A stretch of 64,000 nucleotides of DNA from Betaproteobacteria bacterium (lineage in GTDB: Bacteria; Pseudomonadota; Gammaproteobacteria; Burkholderiales; SG8-39), in assembly GCA_947479645.1 (NCBI GenBank), contig CANKAJ010000003.1:4127-68126 (forward strand), read 5' to 3'. The notes below the pieces were generated by a model, which was not told where the DNA came from, searched no databases, and saw nothing but the letters and a program-made list of their open reading frames with translations. Below, piece after piece: positions 21,791 through 31,502 of the stretch; within the stretch, counting starts at the first letter, position 1; the number at the start of each line of letters is the position of its first letter. A program made the position numbers and the translations under genes.

Positions 21791-22801
21791 TCAGAATATG
21801 AGGAAGCTGAGCCAATAGGCCACCGCCGCAACAAAGGCACTGGCAGGAATGGTGAATATCCAGGCCCAAACGATATTTCCGGCGACACCCCAGCGCACCG
21901 CGCTGGCGCGTCGCGTAGCACCCACGCCAACAATGGCCCCGGTGATGGTATGCGTTGTCGACACCGGAATTCCCAATGCCGTGGCGAGAAACAGTGTAAT
22001 CGCGCCACCGGTCTCGGCGCAAAAACCGCCGACCGGCTTCAGCTTGGTGATTTTCTGTCCCATGGTCTTGACGATGCGCCAGCCCCCGAACATCGTGCCC
22101 GCGGCAATCGCGATGTAGCAGGAGATGATTGTCCACAGTGGCGGCGATGTATCTGACGGAGCAACGTAGCCTGTTGCAATGAGCAACATCCAGATGATGC
22201 CGATGGTCTTTTGGGCATCATTCCCTCCATGACCAAGACTGTAGGCCCCGGCTGAAACCAGCTGAAGCCGCCGAAACCAGCGATCGACACGAGATGGTGT
22301 GGCGCGGCGAAACAACCATGAAACCAATACCACCATCATTGATCCGAGCAGAAACCCGAGCAATGGCGACACAAAAATAAATGCCACTGTCTTGAGTATG
22401 CCGCCGGCATTCAGCGCGCTGGCACCCGCTTTGGCCACCACAGCACCGACAATGCCGCCAATCAGCGCATGCGACGAACTGCTCGGTATGCCGTAGTACC
22501 AGGTCAACACGTTCCAGGTTATCGCCCCCACCAGGGCACCGAACACCACGTGCGGACCGACCACTGCAGGATCCACGATGCCCTTGCCGACAGTCGCCGC
22601 CACGCTCAGGTGAAAAATGAATATGGCAATGAAATTAAAACAGGCCGCAAACAGTACCGCCGTCCCGGGCTTGAGCACCCCGGTGGATACGACTGTTGCG
22701 ATGGAATTGGCCGCATCATGAAAGCCATTCATGAAATCAAAGACCAGTGCAACCGCCACCAGCAGAATAACCACCCACAGCGTCGCTTGAATCGACTCCA
22801 C
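21791..22801 (-). CDS. pit: Inorganic phosphate transporter (PiT family)
   Basis: NGFHDAANSIAT, PSSSSHALIGG, HGGNDAQK, PVSTTH. Confidence 0.94.
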   Translation of the reverse strand: MESIQATLWVVILLVAVALVFDFMNGFHDAANSIATVVSTGVLKPGTAVLFAACFNFIAIFIFHLSVAATVGKGIVDPAVVGPHVVFGALVGAITWNVLTWYYGIPSSSSHALIGGIVGAVVAKAGASALNAGGILKTVAFIFVSPLLGFLLGSMMVVLVSWLFRRATPSRVDRWFRRLQLVSAGAYSLGHGGNDAQKTIGIIWMLLIATGYVAPSDTSPPLWTIISCYIAIAAGTMFGGWRIVKTMGQKITKLKPVGGFCAETGGAITLFLATALGIPVSTTHTITGAIVGVGATRRASAVRWGVAGNIVWAWIFTIPASAFVAAVAYWLSFLIF

Positions 22802-22809
22802 CGTTCGCC

Positions 22810-23457
22810 TCAGGAATTCTCGAGGACAATGCCCTCGATCAGATTGGCAACGTCCTCACAGCGATCGGTAATGGTCTCGAGCAGTTCGTATATTGCCTTG
22901 AGCTTGATCACTTCGCGCACATCGGGCTCTTCTCGAAACAACTTGCCCATGGCCGAGCGAAGCACGCGGTCGGCATCCGACTCGAGTTGATCAATCTCCT
23001 CGCAGGTCTTGAGCGCCGCTTCGGCGGTGGCGGGCTTTGCCACATCGCCAATCAACGACACCGCATGCCGCAAACGCTGACAGCACTTCAAACTGAGTTC
23101 GGTCAGTCGCACGATTTCATTGGTCATGCTGCGCATGTCATACAGGATGATGGTCTCGGCAGAGTCCTGGATCAGGTCAGCCACATCGTCCATGGTGTTG
23201 ATCAGCGAATGAATCTGCTCGCGATCGATGGGCGTGATGAAGGTCTTGTGCAGGGTGCGGTTGACTTCGTGGGTAATGCGATCAGCCGCATGCTCGGCAT
23301 CGTCAACTGCCCGCGCATGTTGTTCCCGCAAATGCGGCGTGCCGTAATTGTCCACCAGCTGCGACAATGCGACAGCCGACTTGACGATGCAATCAGCGTG
23401 CTGATTGAACATCTGAAAAAAATTGCCGTCTTGCGGCAGCAGTTTCGCAAAGATCAT
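22810..23457 (-). CDS. DUF47 (PhoU-like) phosphate transport regulator
   Basis: EHAADRI, LHKTFITPIDREQI, LESDAD, LETITDRCEDVA; upstream of pit. Confidence 0.92.
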   Translation of the reverse strand: MIFAKLLPQDGNFFQMFNQHADCIVKSAVALSQLVDNYGTPHLREQHARAVDDAEHAADRITHEVNRTLHKTFITPIDREQIHSLINTMDDVADLIQDSAETIILYDMRSMTNEIVRLTELSLKCCQRLRHAVSLIGDVAKPATAEAALKTCEEIDQLESDADRVLRSAMGKLFREEPDVREVIKLKAIYELLETITDRCEDVANLIEGIVLENS

Positions 23458-23632
23458 TGTAATTCCTTTGAACTCATCGCCTGGGGCAGCAGCCACGGCG
23501 CTTTGAGCTGATGATTTATTCTTGTTTGGAGTCTACACGCGCAGCGCATTTTCGGCTTGGCGAATGACCGGAATTGCTCTCGTCCATGCTGGACATGAAC
23601 AGCTTCGAGGCGCAATCTGTTATTTTCCGCTC

Positions 23633-24886
23633 ATGCTTGAAAAGAAACGCCGATTCTACTTTTTTTCGCCGCTCCGCAACCGCGCCGCGGCCATGCCTTT
23701 TATCATGCTCACCGCGCTGATCGACATGATCTCGATCGGGCTGATCATTCCGGTACTGCCGGCGCTGGTGGGCAGTTTCACCTCAGCGCCGGCAGACCAG
23801 GCTTTCTGGTATGGCGTGGTGACCTTTGCCTTCGGTTTTGCCAATTTCTTTGCCAGCCCGGTCCTGGGAGCGCTGTCGGACAGTCGGGGCCGTCGTCCGG
23901 TGCTGCTGCTCGGCTTCTTCGGTCTGGCATTGACCTTCTTCGGCACTGCGCTGGCCACCGCACTATGGATGTTGATCGCCGTTCGGCTGATCAGCGGCGC
24001 CATGCAGTCCAATCTGACCATCGCCAATGCCTATGTCGCCGACTTTACGCCGCCCGAGGATCGTGCCAGGCGTTTTGGCATGCTGGGGGCGATGTTCGGC
24101 GTGGGCTTCATCCTGGGCCCGGTCATGGGCGGCGTGCTGGGGGCTATCAATCTGCACCTGCCCTTTTATGTCGCCGGCTGCCTTGCCATGGTCAACCTGG
24201 CCTACGGCTACCTGGTGCTACCCGAATCGCTGCCCGTCGAACGCAGAAACCGCTTCGACTGGAAAGCTGCCACGCCCGTCAATGCACTGCGCGCACTGGC
24301 GCAACTAAAGAATGCCGGACGCCTGGCCGCCGTGGTGACCTGCAGCGGACTTGCCCAATTCCTGCTGTATACCTGCTGGGTGCTTTATACGACCTTCAAG
24401 TTCGGCTGGGGACCGCTGGAGAACGGCTGGTCGCTGGCAGCGATCGGCATTGTCTCGGCAATCGTGCAGGGCCTGTTGCTGGAACGCCTGCTCAAGCACT
24501 TCACCCCTCGCAGACTCGCCACACTCGGACTGGCCTCAACGACAGTCGCCTATGTATTGTGGGGCGCGGCCAGCGAGAGCTGGATGATGTTCGCCATTAT
24601 CTTCTTCAACCTGCTGGGCACCACCGTTTCGGCATCCATTCAAAGCATCATCTCCGGCTCCGCGGATGAGCACAATCAGGGCAGGATACTGGGCGCAGTC
24701 AACGGACTGAACAGCCTGATGGCGGTCATTGCACCAGCGCTCGGTGCACCGCTGCTGATGATGATCTCGACCCTGGACAAGGGAGACTGGCGTATCGGCA
24801 TGCCGTTCTACGTCTGTGCCCTGCTGCAGGGAGCAGCGCTCCTGCTCGCCGTCTGGCATTTTCGACGCGAGCGCATGGCGAACTGA
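23633..24886 (+). CDS. MFS transporter, TCR/Tet (DHA1) family
   Basis: [28 protein letters not shown] (motif A), [10 protein letters not shown]; start uncertain (23633 or later). Confidence 0.88.
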   Translation: MLEKKRRFYFFSPLRNRAAAMPFIMLTALIDMISIGLIIPVLPALVGSFTSAPADQAFWYGVVTFAFGFANFFASPVLGALSDSRGRRPVLLLGFFGLALTFFGTALATALWMLIAVRLISGAMQSNLTIANAYVADFTPPEDRARRFGMLGAMFGVGFILGPVMGGVLGAINLHLPFYVAGCLAMVNLAYGYLVLPESLPVERRNRFDWKAATPVNALRALAQLKNAGRLAAVVTCSGLAQFLLYTCWVLYTTFKFGWGPLENGWSLAAIGIVSAIVQGLLLERLLKHFTPRRLATLGLASTTVAYVLWGAASESWMMFAIIFFNLLGTTVSASIQSIISGSADEHNQGRILGAVNGLNSLMAVIAPALGAPLLMMISTLDKGDWRIGMPFYVCALLQGAALLLAVWHFRRERMAN

Positions 24887-24992
24887 GGTTTCATCCCCGG
24901 TCCAATTCCTCACAGACATGTCATTTTGTCAATAATTTCAATGATGAATGCGATTTGCACACACATCCCTGACAGGCTATATTGCGCCACAT

Positions 24993-25499
24993 ATGAATTT
25001 CAAATATCTCCTGATCGGCGCTATCTTTGCCTGCGTAATGGCTGCGCAGGCTGCATTCGCCGACGAGTCCTCCACGCAGGCGGGTGACAGCGATTCAGCA
25101 TTGTTTCGCTATCGCGATGGCGCCCAGAAGATCATTGACCAGGCGCTGGATCTGGTCGGCATTCGCTATCGCCGTGGTGGCGACACCCCGCAGAGCGGCT
25201 TCGACTGTTCGGGCTTTGTGGATCATGTTTTCCAGGAAACGCTGGGACTGATCCTGCCCCGCAGTTCACGCGAACTCAGCAAGACCGGCACCGAGGTATC
25301 CAGGGATGAACTGAAGCCGGGCGACCTGGTATTTTTCCGGACGATCAGAAACGCCATTTCGCACGTAGGCATTTACGTCGGCGATCACCGCTTCGTGCAT
25401 GCGCCACGACCCGGGCAATCAGTCGGTATCACTGACCTGCGCGAGCAGTATTGGGCCAAGCGCTATTCTGGCGCCCGCCGCGTCGAGCAGCAGCAATAA
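24993..25499 (+). CDS. NlpC/P60 (C40) peptidoglycan endopeptidase
   Basis: Signal peptide, GFDCSGF, LKPGDLVFF, SHVGIYVG, FVHA. Confidence 0.93.
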   Translation: MNFKYLLIGAIFACVMAAQAAFADESSTQAGDSDSALFRYRDGAQKIIDQALDLVGIRYRRGGDTPQSGFDCSGFVDHVFQETLGLILPRSSRELSKTGTEVSRDELKPGDLVFFRTIRNAISHVGIYVGDHRFVHAPRPGQSVGITDLREQYWAKRYSGARRVEQQQ

Positions 25500-25618
25500 C
25501 CACTCGCAACGCGAGTATCACTGGCGCCCCGTCAGAAGCATCAACGACGAGGCATGGCATGCTGGCAGGATCAGCTTGCCATGCACCGAATTGAATTGAT
25601 CCGGCGACATCGACCGAA

Positions 25619-26515
25619 GTGCCCACCACTCTCCCCCTGCGTCATTTCATACTTGCCGTTGTCGTAGTTGCCGTCTGGGGCACCAACTTTGTCGTGATCA
25701 AGGTCGCGCTGGGACACCTGCCACCATTTCTGTTCGCGGCGCTGCGCTTCACACTGGCCCTGCTGCCTGCAGCCTTGTTCCTGAGACCGCCGCCGGTACC
25801 ATGGCGAAACATGGCGACCTATGGGGTGCTCATCGGCGTAGGGCAGTTTGGTGTCATGTATTACGCCATGCAGAGCGATATCACGCCGGGCATGGCATCC
25901 CTGGTCGTGCAGACCCAGGCATTCTTCACCATCGGCCTCGCCATGACACTTGCACACGAGCGCTTGCGGGGCTTTCAATGCATGGCCCTGCTGCTCGCCG
26001 CTGGCGGCCTGGGTGTCATTCTCTCGCACAGCGATGGCAGCACCACCGGGCTGGGACTGACTCTCATTCTGATCGCAGCGCTGTCTTGGGGCGGTGGCAA
26101 CATCGCATCCAAGCAAGCCGGTTCGATCAACATGCTGGCCTACGTCGTGTGGTCAAGCCTCTTTGCTGTGCCACCGCTACTGGCCCTGTCGCTACTTTTC
26201 GAAGGCCCGGATGCCATCGCGAACGGCGTGCTGAATGCGAACTTCGCCACCTGGCTGGCGGTCGCATGGCAGGCCTGGGGCAACACCCTGTTTGGTTATG
26301 GCGCCTGGGCATGGCTGCTCGCACGCCATCCCGCCGTGACCATTGCACCCATTGCGCTGCTGGTGCCGCTGTTCGGCATGGCGGCTTCGGCACTCTGGTT
26401 GGGTGAACCGCTGCCGGCGTGGAAGTTGAGTGCGGCCGGACTGGTCATGGCGGGACTGGCGGTGAATCTGCTTTGGCCGCTATGGCCAAGCCGCGGTGAA
26501 CGCAAATTGCGCTGA
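25619..26515 (+). CDS. eamA: EamA/DMT family exporter
   Basis: VWGTNFVVIK, GMASLVVQTQAFFT, LLVPLFG, about 10 TM segments. Confidence 0.85.
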   Translation: MPTTLPLRHFILAVVVVAVWGTNFVVIKVALGHLPPFLFAALRFTLALLPAALFLRPPPVPWRNMATYGVLIGVGQFGVMYYAMQSDITPGMASLVVQTQAFFTIGLAMTLAHERLRGFQCMALLLAAGGLGVILSHSDGSTTGLGLTLILIAALSWGGGNIASKQAGSINMLAYVVWSSLFAVPPLLALSLLFEGPDAIANGVLNANFATWLAVAWQAWGNTLFGYGAWAWLLARHPAVTIAPIALLVPLFGMAASALWLGEPLPAWKLSAAGLVMAGLAVNLLWPLWPSRGERKLR

Positions 26516-26552
26516 CTTTGCACTGCCAGAACGACAATGCCAGTGCAGACGA

Positions 26553-27785
26553 CTAATTTGTCGCCCGCGGCTCCCGCAATACTTTCAAGATCAGCACGGC
26601 CAGCCCAAAGAAAAACAATCCCAGTCCGAGGTGGCCGAACTGGAACGACGTTGCCGCAAACAACGCCGCCAAGGCAGGCCCTGCCATGAACCCCAGCGCC
26701 TGCGCCGCGCTGGCCAGACCAAAGGCGGTCCCGCGCCGTGAAGCCGTCACGTTGAATGCAATCAACGTGTTGGTGGTCGGCGTCATGGCCGACTGGAGCA
26801 TGGACAGCAGTGCAAATACGAATACATACACCGCCGTGGTCGTGCTGAAGGCAAGCAGCACATAGGTCACTCCGCTAAGTACACTGAAGGCGGCCATGGC
26901 CGAACGCAGTTGCCCCATCCGGAAATATTTCGTCGACAGCAGGAACACACCGACAACACTGGTCACCCCACCCAGCGTGAATGCAATGCCGGTCATGCTG
27001 GTGACATCCGCTCCCGTCATGCTCTTCAACTCGATAGGCACGGCCACGCGGATCAGATTGGATGTTGAAAAAAGCACGAAGTACAGGAAGATGGCCATGC
27101 ATAGCTGGAAGCTCAGATGAAACGGTTCCAGTTCCGTCGCCTTTGGCCTGCCATCCTTCTTGATCGTCAGTCGCACCTTGTCGTCCGGCACAAAGAAAAT
27201 GACCGTCGTCGCCACCACCGCCATAATGACCGCCGCCATGAAGATCCCCCCCCGATAGCCCAGCCAGACGGCCAGCAAAGCGCCAACGCCAGGACCCACG
27301 GTCTGCCCCAGATACTGCGCGCTGGTCACCAGATTCAGACTACGCTTGAGCTGTGAATCCGGGACCGTGACGCTGGTCAGCGCCACCGCGGCCGGATTGA
27401 ACCCCGAAAACACACCCACCACACCGAACACGATCACCAGTTGCCATGGCGTCACGATGAAGCTGAGCAGCACGTTGGTCAGGGCGGTGCCGTATAAAGC
27501 CCGCAGGAACATCAGCCTGCGTCCCATTCGGTCCGACAGCATGCCCCACAGCGGTCCGGTCACCAGCCTGGCAATGCCCTGCACAGTGAAGGCCATGGCA
27601 ACCCAGTAAAGCGCATCGGCCTCGTCCGTTGCACCGACCTCCAGTGCGAACAGGGGCAGGAATGGAAACCACATGTTGTTGGCAAAGGTGGCAATACCCG
27701 TTGCCAGCGTGATGCTGATAGTGGCTTTGCCGTAGCCGCGCTTTTCGTCGATCGCTTCCTGCGAGCGCGCGTCGGGCTGACTCAT
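26553..27785 (-). CDS. MFS transporter
   Basis: PFLPLF, WGMLSDRMGRR motif A, RRGTAFG; about 12 hydrophobic segments. Confidence 0.88.
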   Translation of the reverse strand: MSQPDARSQEAIDEKRGYGKATISITLATGIATFANNMWFPFLPLFALEVGATDEADALYWVAMAFTVQGIARLVTGPLWGMLSDRMGRRLMFLRALYGTALTNVLLSFIVTPWQLVIVFGVVGVFSGFNPAAVALTSVTVPDSQLKRSLNLVTSAQYLGQTVGPGVGALLAVWLGYRGGIFMAAVIMAVVATTVIFFVPDDKVRLTIKKDGRPKATELEPFHLSFQLCMAIFLYFVLFSTSNLIRVAVPIELKSMTGADVTSMTGIAFTLGGVTSVVGVFLLSTKYFRMGQLRSAMAAFSVLSGVTYVLLAFSTTTAVYVFVFALLSMLQSAMTPTTNTLIAFNVTASRRGTAFGLASAAQALGFMAGPALAALFAATSFQFGHLGLGLFFFGLAVLILKVLREPRATN

Positions 27786-27788
27786 CGC

Positions 27789-28724
27789 TCAGGAACCCGC
27801 ACCGAGCAAGGCCAGCGTGAACGGAATAGTCAGTGAAGAAACGGCCGTGGACAACACCAGGCTGGATGCAATGGGGCCTTCCAGTGTCTGAAAATGACGT
27901 GCCATCATGTACACGTTCGCCCCGGTAGGCAGCGCCGCAATCACCACCACCACCTGGGTCTGCAGCGGCGGCAGATCGAGCAGACGCGCCAGCAGATAGA
28001 CGACGAAGGGCTGCACCACCAGCTTCACGACACACAGCACTGCGGATTCACGCCACCCTTCACGCAAGGCATAGAAGGCCAGTCCCATACCGAGCGCGAT
28101 CAGTGCCAGCGGTGCCGCCGCCTGCGCCACCAGGCCCAGGGTCTGATCCACAACGCCGGGCAGCTCAATGCCGGTAAAACCGAATGCCGTGCCGCCCATG
28201 ATGCTTCCCACCAACGGATTGAGTATCACGTCCTTTGCCGTCTTCGCCACCGCCGACCAGGTGGGGGCACTGTTTCTCGCCCACTCCACCGAGATGGTTA
28301 CCAGCGTCCACAGCAGGAAAGCGTTGAATACCACCAGCAGCGAGACCGCCGGCAGCGCCCCATCACCCAGCGTCAACCTCGACAGCGGCACACCCAGCAT
28401 GACGACATTGGAAAACACGCCGCCCAGTCCGAATATCGACTGCGACACGCCATCCATGCGAAACAGCAAACGCCCCAGCACGCGACCGATCAGGAAGACC
28501 AGCAGGCAACTGCCGAAAAAGGCGATCAGCAATCGCCAGTCCGGCGGCGGCAGTTTGGAAACGCCGCTCATCATGCGAAACAACAACGCCGGAATGGCCA
28601 CCGTGAACACAAAGCGCGTCAGCGTGTCGGAGACTTCCTTTTTCCATCCGCCCCAGCGCCCGAGCGAATAGCCGAGCATCACCAGCAGGAACAGGGGGGC
28701 CGTCAGCAGGATCAGATGTTGCAT
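27789..28724 (-). CDS. AEC (auxin efflux carrier-like) family transporter
   Basis: FVFTVAIPALLF, FSNVVMLGVP, AAAPLALIALG, ALPTGANVY. Confidence 0.88.
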   Translation of the reverse strand: MQHLILLTAPLFLLVMLGYSLGRWGGWKKEVSDTLTRFVFTVAIPALLFRMMSGVSKLPPPDWRLLIAFFGSCLLVFLIGRVLGRLLFRMDGVSQSIFGLGGVFSNVVMLGVPLSRLTLGDGALPAVSLLVVFNAFLLWTLVTISVEWARNSAPTWSAVAKTAKDVILNPLVGSIMGGTAFGFTGIELPGVVDQTLGLVAQAAAPLALIALGMGLAFYALREGWRESAVLCVVKLVVQPFVVYLLARLLDLPPLQTQVVVVIAALPTGANVYMMARHFQTLEGPIASSLVLSTAVSSLTIPFTLALLGAGS

Positions 28725-28984
28725 TCAGAATCGCTTGAATATCGATTATTTAAAGCAAAAATCGTAATAATTATTATCAATAGCAGAGTTCGAAATCGAC
28801 GCTGTCATGGCATTCATGATTTGGCCATTGCGAATTCCCCTGCTCATCAAGGACCGGCCGGAATCGATATTTTTCTGGTGAGTGCGGGCAAAGATAACAT
28901 GGGGCGATCGCAAAGCCTAACGACCGACCTACCGACTGGCCAATGCCCTTGGTCCTTACAAATCATTACAAGTTCTCCGGCTGC

Positions 28985-29001
28985 CTTAATACCGCCTTAA
29001 G
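28985..29001 (+). promoter_or_regulatory. PmrA/QseB-type direct repeat upstream of the shp operon
   Basis: CTTAA-TACCGC-CTTAAG matches the CTTAA-N6-CTTAA box of PmrA/QseB-family regulators; such a regulator is encoded at 30834. Confidence 0.65.
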
Positions 29002-29043
29002 CTTCAGGCCTCACCATGCAACCGTCATTCAAAAACGGGACTC

Positions 29044-29454
29044 ATGATGAGAACAAGACTTTTGCTTGCCGGGGCACTGCTCTTGGCGATCTCCGTCGCC
29101 ACGGCAGCATCACCTGCCGATATCCAGAATGCCTATGGGACGGCCGCCCGCCAGGCCAATCCGGGCTTTACCGGCTTCTCGGCATCGCGTGGCGAACAAT
29201 TCTTCAAGACCACCCATGGCGCCGAATGGAGTTGCTCGACCTGTCACGGCGACGCGCCCATTGCGCCCGGCAAACACGCCAAGACCGGCAAGTCCATCAC
29301 TGCGCTGGCGCCATCGGCCGATCCGCAACGCTTCAGCGACGCGGCGAGAGTCGAAAAATGGTTTCGCCGCAATTGCAACGATGTTGCCGGACGAGAATGC
29401 ACCGTCGTCGAAAAGGGCGATGTGATGGCCTTCCTGATGCGCTTCGGAAAATAG
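29044..29454 (+). CDS. shp: Sphaeroides heme protein (SHP, DUF1924) monoheme cytochrome c
   Basis: Signal peptide, CSTCH heme motif, GKHAKTGK.I..LAP, KWFRRNCNDV.GREC disulfide motif. Confidence 0.9.
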   Translation: MMRTRLLLAGALLLAISVATAASPADIQNAYGTAARQANPGFTGFSASRGEQFFKTTHGAEWSCSTCHGDAPIAPGKHAKTGKSITALAPSADPQRFSDAARVEKWFRRNCNDVAGRECTVVEKGDVMAFLMRFGK

Positions 29455-29463
29455 GAGACTGAC

Positions 29464-29904
29464 ATGCGCAAGCACCTCATCGCCGCAAGCCTGGCACTGC
29501 TCGCGACACTGCCTGCATTCGCCGGAGAGCACGTGTACGACATCACCGGCAAGACCTATCAATCCGAATGCGCCAGTTGCCACATCGCCTACCCGCCGCA
29601 ACTATTGCCGGCGGAATCCTGGCGCAAGCTGATGGCAGGACTGGCCAAACACTTTGGCACCGATGCCTCGGTGGACGACAGGATCGCCACGGAACTGACT
29701 CGCTTCCTGGAACAGAATGCCGGGGGACGGCGCAACGCTGCAGACCCCGCTGCCGCTGCTGCACCCCCGCGCATCAGCACGACACCATGGTTCATCCGTG
29801 AACACCGCAAGATAGCCACCAGCCAGTGGCAAAGCAAGACCATTGGCAGCGCGGCCAATTGCAGCGCCTGCCATAGCCGCGCCGACAACGGCGATTATTC
29901 CTAG
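29464..29904 (+). CDS. dhc: Diheme cytochrome c (DHC); may lack its last 8 codons
   Basis: ECASCH.AYPPQLLP..SW..LM..L..HFG.DAS and NCSACH; TAG at 29902 followed by in-frame RSLRIPR-TGA. Confidence 0.9.
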   Translation: MRKHLIAASLALLATLPAFAGEHVYDITGKTYQSECASCHIAYPPQLLPAESWRKLMAGLAKHFGTDASVDDRIATELTRFLEQNAGGRRNAADPAAAAAPPRISTTPWFIREHRKIATSQWQSKTIGSAANCSACHSRADNGDYS

Positions 29905-29935
29905 CGCTCACTGCGCATTCCACGCTGAGGTCGTC

Positions 29936-30652
29936 ATGAACAATCAACGCATACTCGTTTGGGACCTGCCGGTCCGTCTGTTTCACTGGCTGCTGGTAGC
30001 CGCTTTCGCCGGCGCCTGGCTGACCGCGGAATCGGAGCGCTGGCGCGACGTGCATGTGCTGCTCGGTTACACGACGCTGGCACTGGTGGCGTTTCGCCTG
30101 CTGTGGGGCTTTGCCGGCAGCCGCTATGCCCGCTTCGGCTCATTTGCAGCGGGCCCGTCACGCGTAGGTCGATACCTGGCATCGCTGCTGCGTCCGGCAC
30201 CGGAGCGCCACATCGGGCACAATCCTGCCGGTGGCTGGGCCATTTTCCTGCTACTGGCATTGACCCTGTTGACCGCTTTAACCGGCTACATGAACTATCA
30301 GGATATCGGTGGACGCTTGTTTGAGGACTTGCATGAAGGCGCTGCGACAGCCATGCTGGTGGTGGCCGGCGTGCATGTGGCCGGCGTCATTTTCAGCAGT
30401 TTTTTGCATCGCGAGAACCTGGTGAAATCCATGCTTACCGGCATGAAAGAGGGCCAGCCCGCACAGGGCATCGGCAAGCCACGCCGTATTGTCGCAGCAA
30501 CACTGCTGCTGGCCCTTGCGGGACTGTGGACAATGTTGCTGCAAGGTAACCTGCCATCGCTGTACGATCCAGCACCAACCGTCCAGGCCTCAGCAGGCCA
30601 GGCAGCAGCAGGCCACGCCGGACAGTCCCGTCATCATCATGATGACGACTAG
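29936..30652 (+). CDS. Cytochrome b/b6 domain membrane protein of the SHP-DHC operon
   Basis: VWDLPVRLFHW, H.LLGY, RYARF, GHNPAG, H..GV, ENLV.SM.TG. Confidence 0.92.
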   Translation: MNNQRILVWDLPVRLFHWLLVAAFAGAWLTAESERWRDVHVLLGYTTLALVAFRLLWGFAGSRYARFGSFAAGPSRVGRYLASLLRPAPERHIGHNPAGGWAIFLLLALTLLTALTGYMNYQDIGGRLFEDLHEGAATAMLVVAGVHVAGVIFSSFLHRENLVKSMLTGMKEGQPAQGIGKPRRIVAATLLLALAGLWTMLLQGNLPSLYDPAPTVQASAGQAAAGHAGQSRHHHDDD

Positions 30653-30807
30653 CAGTTTGTTGAATTTATCCGTAATACGCTCAGTTCTTGTCATCCTGAG
30701 CGTAGCGAAGGATCTGCTGTTGCTTATGATTCAACCACTTGAAAAAGCAGATTCTTCGTCGCTATGCTCCTCAGAATGACATTTCAGCGAATATCAACAA
30801 ACTGCTA
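30650..30807. mobile_element. MITE-like element: 14-bp terminal inverted repeats enclosing a REP-like hairpin
   Basis: TAGCAGTTTGTTGA (30650-30663) and TCAACAAACTGCTA (30794-30807); internal GTCATCCTGAG...GGATCT...AGATTC...CTCAGAATGAC palindrome at 30689-30781. Confidence 0.7.
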
Positions 30808-30833
30808 AAGAGATAGTCAGCTGAGCCCCCCCA

Positions 30834-31502
30834 ATGCGCATACTGGTCGTTGAAGATGATTTGATGCTGGGACGGGGCATTCAGGCCGGGCTCGGCGAAC
30901 TCGGATTCGCCGCCGACTGGGTGCACGACGGCCTGCAAGCGCAAGCGGCAATAAGCACAACGGCATTTGCCGCTGTGGTGCTCGACCTCGGTCTGCCCCG
31001 CCTGTCCGGACTCGACCTGCTCAAGCGCCTGCGGGCCAAGGGCGATCGCACGCCGGTGCTGATCCTGACTGCGCAGGATGCGATGGAGCAGCGCATCAGC
31101 GGTCTGGACAGCGGCGCCGACGATTACATGGTCAAGCCCTTCGACCTCAATGAACTGGCTGCCCGTTTGCGTGCATTGATCCGGCGCGCCCATGGCCAGG
31201 CTGATCCCCTGCTCAGCATCGCCGGCATCCAGCTTGACCCGGCTACCCACGCGGTCCGCTATCAGGGCCACCCGGTTGAGCTATCCGGACGCGAGTTTGA
31301 TGTACTGCGCGAATTGATGCTGGCGGCAGGACGGGTTTTGTCGCGCGACCAGCTTGTGGAACGCGTGTATTCCTCCGGCGAAGCGGTCGAGAGCAACGCC
31401 ATTGAAGTTCATATTCATCACCTGCGCCGCAAGCTCGCCCCCGAGCTCATACGCACTCTTCGCGGCGTCGGTTACCTGCTGCCGCGCGACACGCATGCCT
31501 GA
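30834..31502 (+). CDS. OmpR-family response regulator (QseB/PmrA-like)
   Basis: MRILVVEDD, VLDLGLP, GADDYMVKPF, SNAIEVHIHHLRRKL..ELIRTLRGVGY. Confidence 0.93.
   Translation: MRILVVEDDLMLGRGIQAGLGELGFAADWVHDGLQAQAAISTTAFAAVVLDLGLPRLSGLDLLKRLRAKGDRTPVLILTAQDAMEQRISGLDSGADDYMVKPFDLNELAARLRALIRRAHGQADPLLSIAGIQLDPATHAVRYQGHPVELSGREFDVLRELMLAAGRVLSRDQLVERVYSSGEAVESNAIEVHIHHLRRKLAPELIRTLRGVGYLLPRDTHA

Noticed and set aside
23633-24886. Acquired tetracycline resistance gene
   Set aside because: Generic TCR/Tet-family MFS with no tetR and no mobile context; substrate cannot be inferred
24918-24940. PHO-box-like TGTCA repeats upstream of the NlpC/P60 gene
   Set aside because: Spacing is 8 bp rather than 11 bp, and the site is not upstream of the pit operon
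29902-29904. Pyrrolysine at the DHC amber codon
   Set aside because: No pyl genes in the window, no methylamine methyltransferase context, and the codon lies near the C-terminus; a point mutation is simpler
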